64,000 nucleotides of DNA, from the NCBI RefSeq assembly GCF_001194135.2, contig NC_068982.1, positions 93,526,781 to 93,590,780 of the forward strand, written 5' to 3'. The notes below the pieces were generated by a model. The model had not been told where the DNA came from and searched no databases. It saw only the letters and a program-made list of their open reading frames with translations. Both the position numbers and the translations under genes were made by a program. Below are positions 1-12,036 of this stretch, piece after piece (within the stretch, counting starts at the first letter, position 1; the number at the start of each line of letters is the position of its first letter). The DNA comes from Octopus bimaculoides. Its lineage: Eukaryota.

Positions 1-255
1 TATTGTATTTGGGGATGGTCATGTTGCCAGTTTAGTCAATAAAAACACATGCACTATATATTTGGTGTTAATTTGCTTCAGCTTTATTTTACATTACATT
101 AATTGTATTTCAGCCAGAGTTCTTTCATCACACTTCTGTGACCTCATCAGTGGTCCTTTGCTTTCTTCTTTCCTATTTGTGTGTCTTTCCTTACTAACGA
201 TCAGCCATTTTGCATTTTGTATTCTTATTGTATGTGTTTTTATTTGCGCATGTGT

Positions 256-489
256 TATTTCTTTACTACCCACAAGGGGCTACACACAGAGGGGACAAAC
301 AAGGACAGACAAACACGGATTAAGTCGATTATATCGACTCCAGTGCGTAACTGGTACTTATTTAATCGACCCCGAAAGGATGAAAGGCAAAGTCGACCTT
401 GGCGAAATTTGAACTCAGAACGTAGCGGCAGACGAAATACGGCTAAGCATTCGCCCGGTGTGCTAACGTTTCTGCCAGCTCGCCGCCTT
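256..489 (-). mobile_element. tRNA-derived SINE, family A
   Basis: Minus strand AAGGCGGCGAGCTGGCAGAAACGTTAGCAC...GAGTTCAAATT (A/B-box-like) followed by the core GCCTTTCATCCTTTCGGGGTCGAT; many diverged copies elsewhere in the window. Confidence 0.8.
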
Positions 490-662
490 ATTTGCGCATG
501 TGTATCCCCCTATGTGTGTCAATCTTTAGTAAGTGCATGCGTGTATAAGGAGTGCCTGTATTATCTATATCCCCTGTTTATGCACATTCGTTTAATTTGT
601 TTTAATTTATTTGTTCATGTGTTTATACCTACTTGTTATTATTATTATTTTTTTTTTCTATT

Positions 663-2887
663 CTTCATTCCTTGTGATCTTACGCATGTCCTCAGCAGTC
701 ACGGCCCATGTTTCACTGCCAAGTAGCATGGCTGTTCATACACATGCGTCATACAGTCTGCCTTTTACTCTGAGCGAGAGGCCTTTGTCGCCAGCAAAAC
801 TTTGCCCAGGCTATTCTTATTTTAGCAGCTACACTTTCAGCGCACCCTCCTCCGCTATTGACTTGGTCACCTAGGTAATGGAAGCTATCAACTATTTCTA
901 GTTTTTCTCCCTGGAATGTTGCAGAAGTTGTTCTCTGCACATTTTCAGATTCTATTGCTCCTGACCTTCTGCCACATACAAAAACTATTTTCATAGTTAG
1001 CCTTCCTTTGATATTGCTGCACCTCTTATGTGTCCATAAATTACATTTGGTACATCTTATAGAGTTTCTACCTACGCCTTTTCTACAGATCATGCAGGGC
1101 CATCTACCTGAAGGGGTTTGTGGTTTGTCAACCTTCCTACTTATTAGGACTTTGGTTTTAGCTAGGTTGACTCTAAGGCACTTCGATTCTAATCCTTGCT
1201 TCCACACCTGAAACTTCTCCTCTAGTTCTGATAGTGACTCAGCAAATAGAGCAAGGTCATCAGCATAGAGGAGCTCCCAGGGGCATCCCGTCTTGAATTC
1301 CTGTGTTATTGCTTGGAGGACTATGATAAATAGGAGGGGGCTGAGGACTGAACCTTGGTGGACCCTACCTCTACCATTTCTATACTGTACTTGTTGCCAA
1401 CCCTCATCTTACTGACAGCTTCCCTGTACATGGCTCACACAGCTCTCACTAACCATTTATTTATCCCTAGTTTCCTCATTGACCACCAGATAAGGGATCA
1501 GGGGACCCTGTCAAAGGCTTTCTCCATGTCAACGAAAGCCAGGTACAGAAGTTTATCTTTGGCTATATATTTCTCCTGCAACTGTCTTACCAGAAATATA
1601 GAATCAGTGCTGCTTTTCCCTGGCACGAACCCAAACTGCATCTCATGTAAACTGACTTTCTGCCTAATTAGTTGGGCTATGACCCTCTCCATGACCTTCA
1701 TTACCTGATCCAACAACTTGATACCTCTGTAATTATTTGCATCTAAAGCGTCACCTTTACCTTTATAGCAGTTGACTATGGTGCTGCTACACCAGTCATT
1801 GGGTATGACTCCTTCATGTATCACCAGGTTAACAATATGGGTGACTAGGCTATAGCCGACACTGTTAGATATTTTGAACATCTCTGCAGTGATTCCTGAT
1901 GGGCCGAGGGCTGTCCCTGTCTTCACACTCTTAATTGCTTTATCTACCATGGTACTGTCAACTTGGATAGCTGGTCCCTCTGTTGGGTCGACATTCAGCA
2001 GACTCTTTTTCTCCCATTCATTCTCTTTATTGAGCAACCTTTTGTAGTGGCATCTCCAAACCTCTTTCTTTGCAGCGTCGTTTAGTGCAAGTGTATCATC
2101 ATCCATGCGAACACATTTCTCTCTCATGACATCACAATTCTCTCTTACACATTGTCTTGCAACATGAAATACTTCAAGTCTTTGGTCCTCACAGCGCAGA
2201 ACATTGGTAATTTTTTTCTTATCTGCTTTCCCTCTGGCTAAATAAACCTGTCGCTTAACTTCCCTTCTGGCAGTCTGATACATTTCCCTGCAACCACCGT
2301 TCTTCCAGTCCTTCCAAGCCTGTTTCTTTTGTCTAATAGCCCTGTCAACAACATTGTTCCATGACCATGTTATTTTGGGTCGAGAGGGGACTTTGCACCA
2401 TCCAGAGATCTGGTCTGTGGCCCTCAGCTGGTTGTCCTGTAGAAACCTCCAGTTGTCTTCTACATCGTGTGAAGCTATATCTCCTTCTATTTCGTCAAAG
2501 GCTTCGAATAATAAGTCCCTAAATCTCTGTCCATTTGCAGGATCTTTGAGCTTCCAGACCCTTCTCCTCCATGCTGGTCATCTTCTGGGCAACCACTTAG
2601 CCCTGATCCTGAAGTCATTAACTACTAGTTTATGTTGTGGGGTACATTCTTCGCCTGGGAAGGCTTTGGCATTTATAAGCAGCCATCTTTGCCTTTTTCT
2701 GGTGAGGATGTTGTCAATTTGGCTAGTGTGTCTGCCAGAATGGTAGGTGACTAGGTGACTGGCAGATTTCCTGAAGTTAGTATTGCAAACCATAAAGTCA
2801 TTTGCATCACAGAACTCCAGCAGCCTGGTTCCCTCCTCATTGGAAGCCCCCTGAATGTTGTCCAACATGTCCATTGAAGTCACCAGC
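663..2887 (-). mobile_element. RTE-clade LINE, endonuclease C-terminus plus RT, disrupted
   Basis: APE motifs (NEEGTRLLEFC, TYHSGRHTSQIDNIL) and RT motifs (YRGIKLL, QFGFVPGKSSTDSIF, FVDMEKAFDRVP, WELLYADD at ~1260-1280); stops and frameshifts; runs into the N gap. Confidence 0.92.
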
Positions 2888-3676
2888 NNNNNNNNNNNNN
2901 NNNNNNNNNNNNNNNNNNNNNNNNNNNNNNNNNNNNNNNNNNNNNNNNNNNNNNNNNNNNNNNNNNNNNNNNNNNNNNNNNNNNNNNNNNNNNNNNNNNN
3001 NNNNNNNNNNNNNNNNNNNNNNNNNNNNNNNNNNNNNNNNNNNNNNNNNNNNNNNNNNNNNNNNNNNNNNNNNNNNNNNNNNNNNNNNNNNNNNNNNNNN
3101 NNNNNNNNNNNNNNNNNNNNNNNNNNNNNNNNNNNNNNNNNNNNNNNNNNNNNNNNNNNNNNNNNNNNNNNNNNNNNNNNNNNNNNNNNNNNNNNNNNNN
3201 NNNNNNNNNNNNNNNNNNNNNNNNNNNNNNNNNNNNNNNNNNNNNNNNNNNNNNNNNNNNNNNNNNNNNNNNNNNNNNNNNNNNNNNNNNNNNNNNNNNN
3301 NNNNNNNNNNNNNNNNNNNNNNNNNNNNNNNNNNNNNNNNNNNNNNNNNNNNNNNNNNNNNNNNNNNNNNNNNNNNNNNNNNNNNNNNNNNNNNNNNNNN
3401 NNNNNNNNNNNNNNNNNNNNNNNNNNNNNNNNNNNNNNNNNNNNNNNNNNNNNNNNNNNNNNNNNNNNNNNNNNNNNNNNNNNNNNNNNNNNNNNNNNNN
3501 NNNNNNNNNNNNNNNNNNNNNNNNNNNNNNNNNNNNNNNNNNNNNNNNNNNNNNNNNNNNNNNNNNNNNNNNNNNNNNNNNNNNNNNNNNNNNNNNNNNN
3601 NNNNNNNNNNNNNNNNNNNNNNNNNNNNNNNNNNNNNNNNNNNNNNNNNNNNNNNNNNNNNNNNNNNNNNNNNNNN

Positions 3677-4570
3677 TGTGGCAAGAATGGATGAGGATAG
3701 CTGTGTGAAAAAGTACCACACCCTAGCAGTTGAGGGAACCTGTGGAAGAGGTAGACCCAGGAAGACCTGGGATGAGGTGGTGAAGCACGACCTTCGAACT
3801 TTAGGCCTCACCAAGACAATGACCAGTGACCGGGACCTTTGGAAATATGCAGTACGTGAGAAGACCAGGCAAGGCAAGGCAAGTGAGAGCATAATCTGTG
3901 ACCTCTGCCAGAAGTGTAGCCAGCTCACTTATTCGTATCTTTACTTCATTGGACACAAAACTCTGCTTGTGAAGACCTGTTGAGGCAAGTGAATTTGGAT
4001 TTGAAATCTGAAATCGAAATCGAACCGAATCCGACGATTGGCAAGTGAAATCACCTGTTGGGGCAAGTGAAATCGGAATTGAAATCGTAATTGAACCATA
4101 CTCGATGACTGGCAACTGCGCCAGTGGAGCACCAACAGCACTGTCCAACCGTGTTCATTGCCAGAGCAGGTGTCTGGCTTCCATGCTAGTGGCCCGTAAA
4201 TAGCATCATTTGAGCGTAGTCGTTACCAGATTAACCTTCTATCACTTGTGCTGGTGGCACATTAGAAAATTATTCGAGCCAGGTCGTTGCCAGTGCCGCT
4301 GGACTGGTTCCCGTGCAGGTGGCATGTAAAAAACACCTTTTTGAGTGTGGCCATTGCCAGTACCGTGTAATTGGCCCTCGTGCCGGTGGCACGTAAAAGC
4401 ACCAAGTACACTCTCGGAGTGGTTGGCAGTAGGAAGGGCATCCAGCTGTAGAAACTCTGCTAGATCAGATTACAGCTTGGTGCAGCCTTCTGGCTTGCCA
4501 GTCCTCAGTCAAATTGTCCAACCCATGCTAGCATGGAAAGTGGACGTTAAACGATGATGATGATGATGAT
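3677..4570 (+). mobile_element. RTE LINE 3' end, 3'UTR and (GAT)n tail
   Basis: Encodes ...GRGRPRKTWDEVVKHDLRTLGL..., then a 3'UTR shared with 20175-20636, 37850-38140 and 62320-62752, ending CATGGAAAGTGGACGTTAAAC(GAT)n. Confidence 0.9.
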
Positions 4571-4660
4571 AAATATGTTTTATATATATTTACATATTGA
4601 ATATATATTTATATAGATGTTTTATATATATATATATTGAATACATATTCATATATATGT

Positions 4661-4706
<46 letters not shown>

Positions 4707-4930
4707 TACATACATACATGCATACATACATACATACAGGTTGCGGTGAATAAACTGTCATCCAATTTATGCGAAAATGAAAATAACACAGCCATTTCAT
4801 TCTGACAGATATATTTACCAAAATTACATAAAAATATCTTGAAATACTAAAGAGTAAATGTATTCAATAAAATTGCCATTAGCTTCAACCATGGCCTCCA
4901 GACAACTTTAGAATCACTTGCAACTCTTCT

Positions 4931-4987
<57 letters not shown>

Positions 4988-5407
4988 NNNNNNNNNNNNN
5001 NNNNNNNNNNNNNNNNNNNNNNNNNNNNNNNNNNNNNNNNNNNNNNNNNNNNNNNNNNNNNNNNNNNNNNNNNNNNNNNNNNNNNNNNNNNNNNNNNNNN
5101 NNNNNNNNNNNNNNNNNNNNNNNNNNNNNNNNNNNNNNNNNNNNNNNNNNNNNNNNNNNNNNNNNNNNNNNNNNNNNNNNNNNNNNNNNNNNNNNNNNNN
5201 NNNNNNNNNNNNNNNNNNNNNNNNNNNNNNNNNNNNNNNNNNNNNNNNNNNNNNNNNNNNNNNNNNNNNNNNNNNNNNNNNNNNNNNNNNNNNNNNNNNN
5301 NNNNNNNNNNNNNNNNNNNNNNNNNNNNNNNNNNNNNNNNNNNNNNNNNNNNNNNNNNNNNNNNNNNNNNNNNNNNNNNNNNNNNNNNNNNNNNNNNNNN
5401 NNNNNNN

Positions 5408-5468
<61 letters not shown>

Positions 5469-5747
5469 ATTCCTGACTGCTTTTTCTGTCCACGATAATA
5501 TATATTATGAATACAGACATGTTGACAATCATTGAAAAATACAGTGTTGGCTAAAAGGAAATATATGGATATATTTGAAAGGACAATATGGAAGTGAAAC
5601 AAACCACAGTTAACATAGCAATGATTTAATAGTCAAAGTAGTTGCCAACAATGTGTTATATATTCAGATTGGTTTACCTACTTTACTTGAACCCCAATAA
5701 ATAATGGGTTTATAAGCAATATGATCGTGGGCAGTAAAAGTAGGTGC

Positions 5748-5801
5748 ACAGTTGGGGATGTAATCCCAATTCACTGACTGAAACATGACATGTCCGGCTG
5801 T
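5748..5801 (+). ncRNA. Type I hammerhead remnant (core mutated; stems I and III and the GUC site retained)
   Basis: ACAGTTG (5748-54) pairs with CGGCTGT (5795-5801). GAAAC-ATGACAT-GTC is present. CUGAUGA is degraded to GGGATGT. Confidence 0.6.
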
Positions 5802-5986
5802 TCCTTGCTTTTTCTGTCCATGAAGATATTGTGTACATAGAGATTTTATTTACAATCATTAATTAATACATTGTTGGCTTTAAAAAAATATCAACAGATA
5901 AAATCCATTGTAAAATATAGCAATGAAGTAAATTACTATTAATGCTCTAGTAATTTAATATTGAAAGTAGCTGCCAACAAAGTGTT

Positions 5987-6017
<31 letters not shown>

Positions 6018-6614
6018 GTATAAATAAAAAAGTGTTTATTATATACTGTATTTGCTCATGTTTGAGTCACACTTGTTTATGAGTTGCATTCCTAATTTAT
6101 TATTAAATCTTGATGCAGGATTGCTTTCCTTCCATATTCAAACTTAATATTAGTTTTTGCTCCATGTATAAGTCGCTCCCTAGTTTTGTAAGTTGAAATC
6201 AGGAATAAACTAATGCAATTTACACATGAGTAAATACAGTTTATCTGATTTATTTAAGCTTCTGATAAGAAGTATGATTTAAAAGCAATACGCTCATGGA
6301 TAGTAAAAGAAGATATACAGTCCTTGATAAAATCCCTATGTCTGACTGTTTCCCGCATTTTCTGTCCATGAAAATATTGAATGCATTGATATGTTTCTTA
6401 ATATCATTGATAAATAGTGTTGTCTAAAAAATTTTTAGCTATATTTTTATCATTAATAGCAATAAAACCAAATACTGTTAGCAGACCAGTAATTTAATAT
6501 TTGAAAGAGCTTCCAGCAAAGTATTATTTATATAAAATAGCCAATCCAGTTTACTTAAGCTGCAAGTAACAAAGCTTTATATACAATGTGTTTGTGGACA
6601 GTAAAACAGGGTGC

Positions 6615-6667
6615 ACAGTCGCTGATGAAATCCCAATCCAAGGATTGAAACATGGCATGTTTACTGA
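6615..6667 (+). ncRNA. Type I hammerhead (intact catalytic core, stem I degraded)
   Basis: CTGATGA (6622-28), AATCC/GGATT 5-bp stem II, GAAA (6647-50), ACAT-GGC-ATGT stem III, GUU triplet. Confidence 0.7.
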
Positions 6668-6706
6668 GTTTAACTTTTAATTGGATGTTGTTGCCTTCCT
6701 GGATCT

Positions 6707-7620
6707 TTATGAATTTGCTATTTTCCTTGAATTAATCATTAGTTTTGCATTATATTCATTTCTTTCCATTATTATGAACATGTTACTATTATCACTCCTG
6801 CATATTTTGAAGTTGTGAAATTGTTTTTCTAACTCCTGCAGTGTTTGTTGAAGTTTCTTGTTGATTACTTGCTTATTAGTATATATATGTGTGTGTGTGT
6901 GTGTGTGTATACATATATATATGTGTGCATGTGTGTATAGTATGAGTATCATATGTATATATTTGTGCATTTGTTTCTTATCATATATTTGTGTGTTGTG
7001 TTGAAAACGCAATAACGTTATAGTTCTAACTTTTTTATTAGTTTTAATAACATTCCTAAACCTGTCATAACGACCAGTGTTTCTAGACTTTCACTGCTTT
7101 ATCATCAGGGTGTAAATTGTTATTGACATGTATAACTGCTGCATTTAGTTGTAGGCAAATGTGATTTCCATAGAGCTTATTACCTAAACTTGTTTAGATG
7201 TATTGATGTATTGACTGATACTTGAAATTTGAGCATTAAATTAATGTATGATTAGTCACATTGTTCTTTTGTTTGTGATGTATTGTCTGTGTGTTTATTT
7301 AAGCATTGTATTGTATTATGGGTAATGCTTCCATCATTAACCATCTATTTTTGTAGTGAATTTTATATGCTTTCGATGAGCTATCCACTAATGTCTTCCT
7401 AAAGTTTATTTTATGTTCTACTGCATAGTGTGTTGCAATTGCTCTTTGTTATAAGGTTTGGTGAACCTATGAAAATGTTGTACTTGTATGATCAATGTAA
7501 CAGCAAGTTTTGGAGTTTGCAACTTTCACTTTCACAATCGAATATTTAAATCATGTCAGTGTAAAAATGCGTGTGGCTTGTTATCAAGGAGGTTTTGATT
7601 TTAGTATTTTCATTCACTAA
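6707..7620 (-). mobile_element. Penelope-like element (PLE) relic: GIY-YIG remnant, pLTR region, start of next ORF
   Basis: Minus-strand translation ~7560-7350 reads KTCCYIDHTSTTFS*...RAIATHYAVEHK...NRWLMMEALPIIQ...INTQ, resembling the PLE GIY-YIG C-terminus. 6707-6870 reads ...ICRSDNSNMFIIMERNEYNAKL, resembling the pre-RT KADK...MD...Y..K motif. An HHR-like core lies between them. Confidence 0.65.
7064..7116 (-). ncRNA. Degenerate PLE-type hammerhead
   Basis: Minus strand CUGAUGA (7108-7102), UAAAG...GUCUA (partial stem II), GAAAC-ACUG-GUC. Stem I pairs poorly. Confidence 0.4.
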
Positions 7621-7628
7621 CACATTTG

Positions 7629-8031
7629 CTTTTAAGTGGGGATAAATATTAACTTTTGGTATTAATATTGCTTCTGTCACTATTAATTATTTTTTAATAA
7701 GTACACTGGCTATTTGCAACCCCAGTGACTGAATAGGCACTGGGATTCTATATATACCACCGACGGAAAAGTGATGCTATCTCTAACCACGGACATCTGC
7801 CATTGACAAGGCCAAGAAAAGCCAAAATCATGTGATTTGATAGTCCCGGAGGTGATAGCAAGCAATTATCTCCCACTAGCAATATAAGCACAAGTTCTTC
7901 TATGCGCCACAAGTCTATATGAGAGGTTCCCTCATGGTAAATATCACAATATATTGTGTTGTACAGTATCCACTTTTAAGTGGGGAATAAATATTTCCTT
8001 TTGGCATTAATACAGCTTCTGTCATTCTTAA
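7629..8031. repeat. ~58-bp imperfect direct repeat with a 344-bp offset
   Basis: CTTTTAAGTGGGG(A)ATAAATATT..CTTTTGG.ATTAATA..GCTTCTGTCA at 7629 and 7973. Confidence 0.7.
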
Positions 8032-8086
8032 TCTTATACATACGTACATACAGACATACATACATACATACATATATATATATACA

Positions 8087-8420
8087 TATCATCATCATCA
8101 TCGTTTAACATCCTCCTTCCATGCTGGCATGGGTTGGATAGTTTTACAGGAGCTGGCCAGGCAGGAGCCTGCACCATGCTTCTGTGTCTGTTTTGGCATG
8201 GTTTTATGGCTGGATACCCTTCCTAACACCAAACGCTCCATAGAGTGGGCAAATGCTTTTTACATGGCACTCACACAAGCAAGGACAGTTTTGGCATGGT
8301 TTTTACAGCTGGATGCCCTTCCAAATACCAACCACTCTACAGTGTGGACTGGGTACTTTTTAAGTGGCACCTGCACTGGCAGGGTCACCAAGTAACTTTG
8401 CAAGACACGGAGTCTTTGAG
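8087..8420 (-). mobile_element. SINE/RTE-type 3' tail
   Basis: (CAT)n-CGTTTAACATCC...CCATGCTGGCATGGGTTGG and GGATGCCCTTCC motifs, the reverse of the RTE tail. Confidence 0.65.
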
Positions 8421-9454
8421 AGGGGAAGGGGCATTGGAAGATGAGGTCTTGTGTCAGATGATGAAAGATTAGAGTGTAACAGAGAGGCAGAAACAGATGT
8501 TTTGCTGCAGAGGAGGTCCATGGTTACCCAGCCAGAGAGAGGGAGAGAGAGAAGAAGAGAAAGAGAGCAAGAATGAGGGCGGAAATAGGTATGCTGCCAA
8601 AGAGGAAAGACATGGTTACTGACGCTACAGTAGAAGATACTTGCCTAAGATTCCATGCAGTGGGACTGAACCCAGAACCATTCAGTTGGGAAACAAACTT
8701 CTTCCTACTCAACAAAGCCTGGGCCTAGCCATGCCTGTACCTAGCCAGGCCTGTGCCTATAGTTATATTTGACAGATTTATTGTTGTAATGAAAATTCTG
8801 TTTTTGCTCATTCCAATAGTTCTTTAGAAACTAAATATTTTCATTCTGTAAATGTTGCCAGGTTATATCAGAATATTCAGAAGAGCTGAGTGGCCATATT
8901 AGCATGTAAATGTATGTGAAAAATTGATGAGGATATAACATGAAAAACAACTCAAAAGCCAGGTATAATTATTAGCAACTGAAATCCTCCATCTCAAATT
9001 TCCAGTTTGACCTGTTCAAGAACCTCTACCTATCCAGATCCTTTGCTAATATTGCAAGACTGTCAGTGTGTACAAGGTTGGATGACAGTTTAATATCAGA
9101 ATGATCTGTGCTGCAACTTGTGAGCAAAGTTGCAGCAATTCTAGATGAAGCCACTGCAATTCTATTCTGCTTGAGAGAACAAACTTTTTGCTGAAATTAT
9201 GCTTGTCAAAAAGTTTTGCTTGTTCCACTAAAAGCATTAAAGGAAACTATTCCTCCCAAGTTAAATGTCACCAGTTTTTTCACCATTGTATAAACATTGC
9301 TTTTTATATAGAACTGAGAGCAATTCATTTTGGTTTCTGTACCTCACATTAATATTCATACTCAACTACTACTAAATTACAACTGTCTGTCTCTACATCT
9401 CTGTACGTGACTTATTCCTGTTTTACTCCTAGGAGACCTTAGGCGCATAATTTT

Positions 9455-9620
9455 TTTCATGCATGGCTATGAGGTAAAGAAGTTTACTTCCCAACTACCC
9501 ATTTTTGAGTTTAGTCCCATTGTGTGGATCCTTAGGCAAGAGCCTTACGAGTGGATTTGGTAGATGAAAACTGAAAGAAACCAGTCAATCAATTAGTCCA
9601 AAATACATACATACATACAT
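9455..9620 (+). mobile_element. tRNA-head CORE-like SINE, family B (5' part)
   Basis: GCATGGCTATGAGGTAAAGAAG...GAGTTTAGTCCC...CTTAGGCAAG...GAGTGGATTTGGTAGATGAAAACTGAAAGAAACC; compare 19527, 36547 and 58776. Confidence 0.6.
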
Positions 9621-11137
9621 ACATACATACATACATACACACATATGTATGTATATGCATACATGCATGCATGGTTGGATTGTGTGGAAGAGTGTGGAGA
9701 AACAAGAGAGAGACAGTGCTAGAGTATTGATATAGAGAGGTAGTAAAAGCAGAATGTGATGGATCGCAATAACAATTCACCTAAGGGAGAAGTCATGGCT
9801 ATCAGTATAGAAGATGATGTATCTCTTAACTGGTAAATGAGACAGTGAATGTGCTGGATAGTTGAGATGCAACTGTTAAATGGTAGATGTGAATAAAAGC
9901 ACTCTTATTGAGATTCACTAGTCTCTTACAATCATGAGAGTTGAGTTCTGAAGGAGAGGAAGTGATGACAGACAACACAAAATGTTAAATAGTTAATTGC
10001 ATCAAATACCAATAGCTGCTATGCTGTTCTTTGTTATTCAGCCAATGTGATGGGAGAGAAATGCTAATGGAATCTACATGATAGCTGATAAGTGGGAGAT
10101 GGTGAGTATTCTGTAGACATAGAAATGGTTCACGATAAGAAAGTTTTCTGGGTGGCATGATGCAGCAAATAGCTAAGGGGTAATAGAAACATAGGAGGAT
10201 ATCAAATAGGCAAGAGGTGTATCAGACAGAAAGTCTGCAAGTATAAAATAGTTGACTGTTCCCAGTGTAGATATAACTTACATAGCCCAGCCTCTATCAT
10301 TAACGTACATTTCACCAAAGTTTCATGAAATGAAGAGTCTTGTCCAGTAGCACTGGTAGAAGATCATTAATGTAGTCTTATGTTATCTCCCTTAAACTGC
10401 TGTCATTCTCTATACACATCACTTGCTTACCAGGGCAATTGTTTTTCTTCCATGCTACATATGATTTCTCTTACTTCGATTTTTCTCTCACCTCACTTAT
10501 ACTCCATCATTTATAATCACTCTAGTGAAGTATGTTCACTTCATTTCTTTCTAGTTTTTGTATGTCCTCTGCTTTCAAGGCCCACTTTCACTATACCATG
10601 CAACATTACACTTTGAACACATGCATCATACAATCTGCACTTCATTCTGAAGGAAAATCGCATTTTCCCAACAATGAAAATATTAGATAACAGAGGCAAC
10701 AGAAACTGTCAACGACTTCTAGGAAGCTACCCAGTCATTTAAGAGAATCTGTTTCCTTGGTATTGTTAATGTCATTAGCTTATGTATGCACCACATATGA
10801 AATCCACTTTCTCTTTTAGCCTGCCAGTGATCTCACGACACTGTTGGTGTGTCAATTGTTGAAACTAGGTATACCATATATACTGACTAATGCCATTTCC
10901 TTGATGGTAGTATGTCAGTGTCCTGTCATTTTTCTGACTGACTAAAACGGTGTTCGATTCCAGGTTTTACTTCCAGATCTGGAAGAAATCCCTCTGCTAT
11001 AGATTCTGAACCATGGTAGATGAATTCTATGGCCAAGGATTTCAGTAAATGCTGTAAAGAGGTGAGATGTATGGTGCAGGGTTAGAGAGGGACAAGACTT
11101 GCATTAAACTCAAATGACATATATATATATATATATA

Positions 11138-12032
11138 CAAGGTCTGATCAATAAGTATCCGGACTGTTGCTATAGTAACAAAGCTAAAGCATGCAGAGTG
11201 AAGCCACTTGAGAAAAATTAACCTTGAACTCTGCTGTGTATGTGCACCAAGTTTTAACGTTTTAACTCACATCTGGTGTTTACAGCAGTGCTTGGAAGGA
11301 AGGTGTGTAACATGTGATCATTGCATTAACCATGATAGAGATAACTGTCATGGCGATACCTGCTCAGAGGCTTACACAAAGTTGCAGAAAGTGTATGGAG
11401 AGGAGTGTATGAGCTGCACTCAAGTGTACAAGTGGTTCAGACATTTCCAAGATGGCCAAAAAAAAGTCGATAGTGACAAACATTCTGGAAGACCTGCAAC
11501 CAGCAGAACTGAGAAAAAATTGCAAATGTGCATGCAGCTGTGAGGGGAAATCATCGAATAACCATCCGTGAGTTATCAGAGGATGTGCAGATTAGTTACG
11601 GTTCTGTTCAGTCCATTATCACTGAAGATTTGGGTATGAGACACATGTCTGCCATGTTTGTGCCAAAACTGCTTTTAGCTGACCAAAAAGACACTCTGGT
11701 TTCAGTTGCACAAGATCTCCTTGATTATGTCAAGGACGATAAAAACTTTTTGAAAACTTTGCATAGGCCTCTGAGCAGGTATCGCCAAGCTTTTTGACAA
11801 ATTTTGATGTGAATTCTCTGCTCAACTTTCTCTGTCGTGGTCAATGCAATGATCACACACTACACACCATCCTTCTAAGCACTGCTGTAAACAGCAAAAG
11901 TGAGCTAGAATGTTAAAACTTAGTGTACATGCACAGCAGAGTTTATGGTCAATCTGTGCCAAGCAGCTTTACTCTGCATGCTTTAGCTTCATTACTATGG
12001 CAACAGTCCTGATACTTGTTGATCATACCATG
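11138..12032 (+). mobile_element. Internally deleted mariner transposon
   Basis: ~65-bp TIRs (CAAGGTCTGATCAATAAGTATCCGGACTGTTGCTATAGTAA / reverse complement ending 12032), TA on both flanks. Frameshifted HTH region (VYKWFRHF...HSGRP...ITIRELSE...FVPKLL); DDD domain absent. Confidence 0.9.
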
Positions 12033-12036
12033 TATG

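Larger units (their letters stand above)
5468..6667 (+). repeat. Decayed tandem array (~328-nt unit) carrying type I hammerhead ribozyme motifs; retrozyme-like
   Basis: The anchor CTGTCCA recurs at 5486, 5814 and 6362 with collinear downstream similarity. Each unit ends in an HHR-like segment (5748-5801, ~6317-6350 internally deleted, 6615-6667). Confidence 0.75.
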
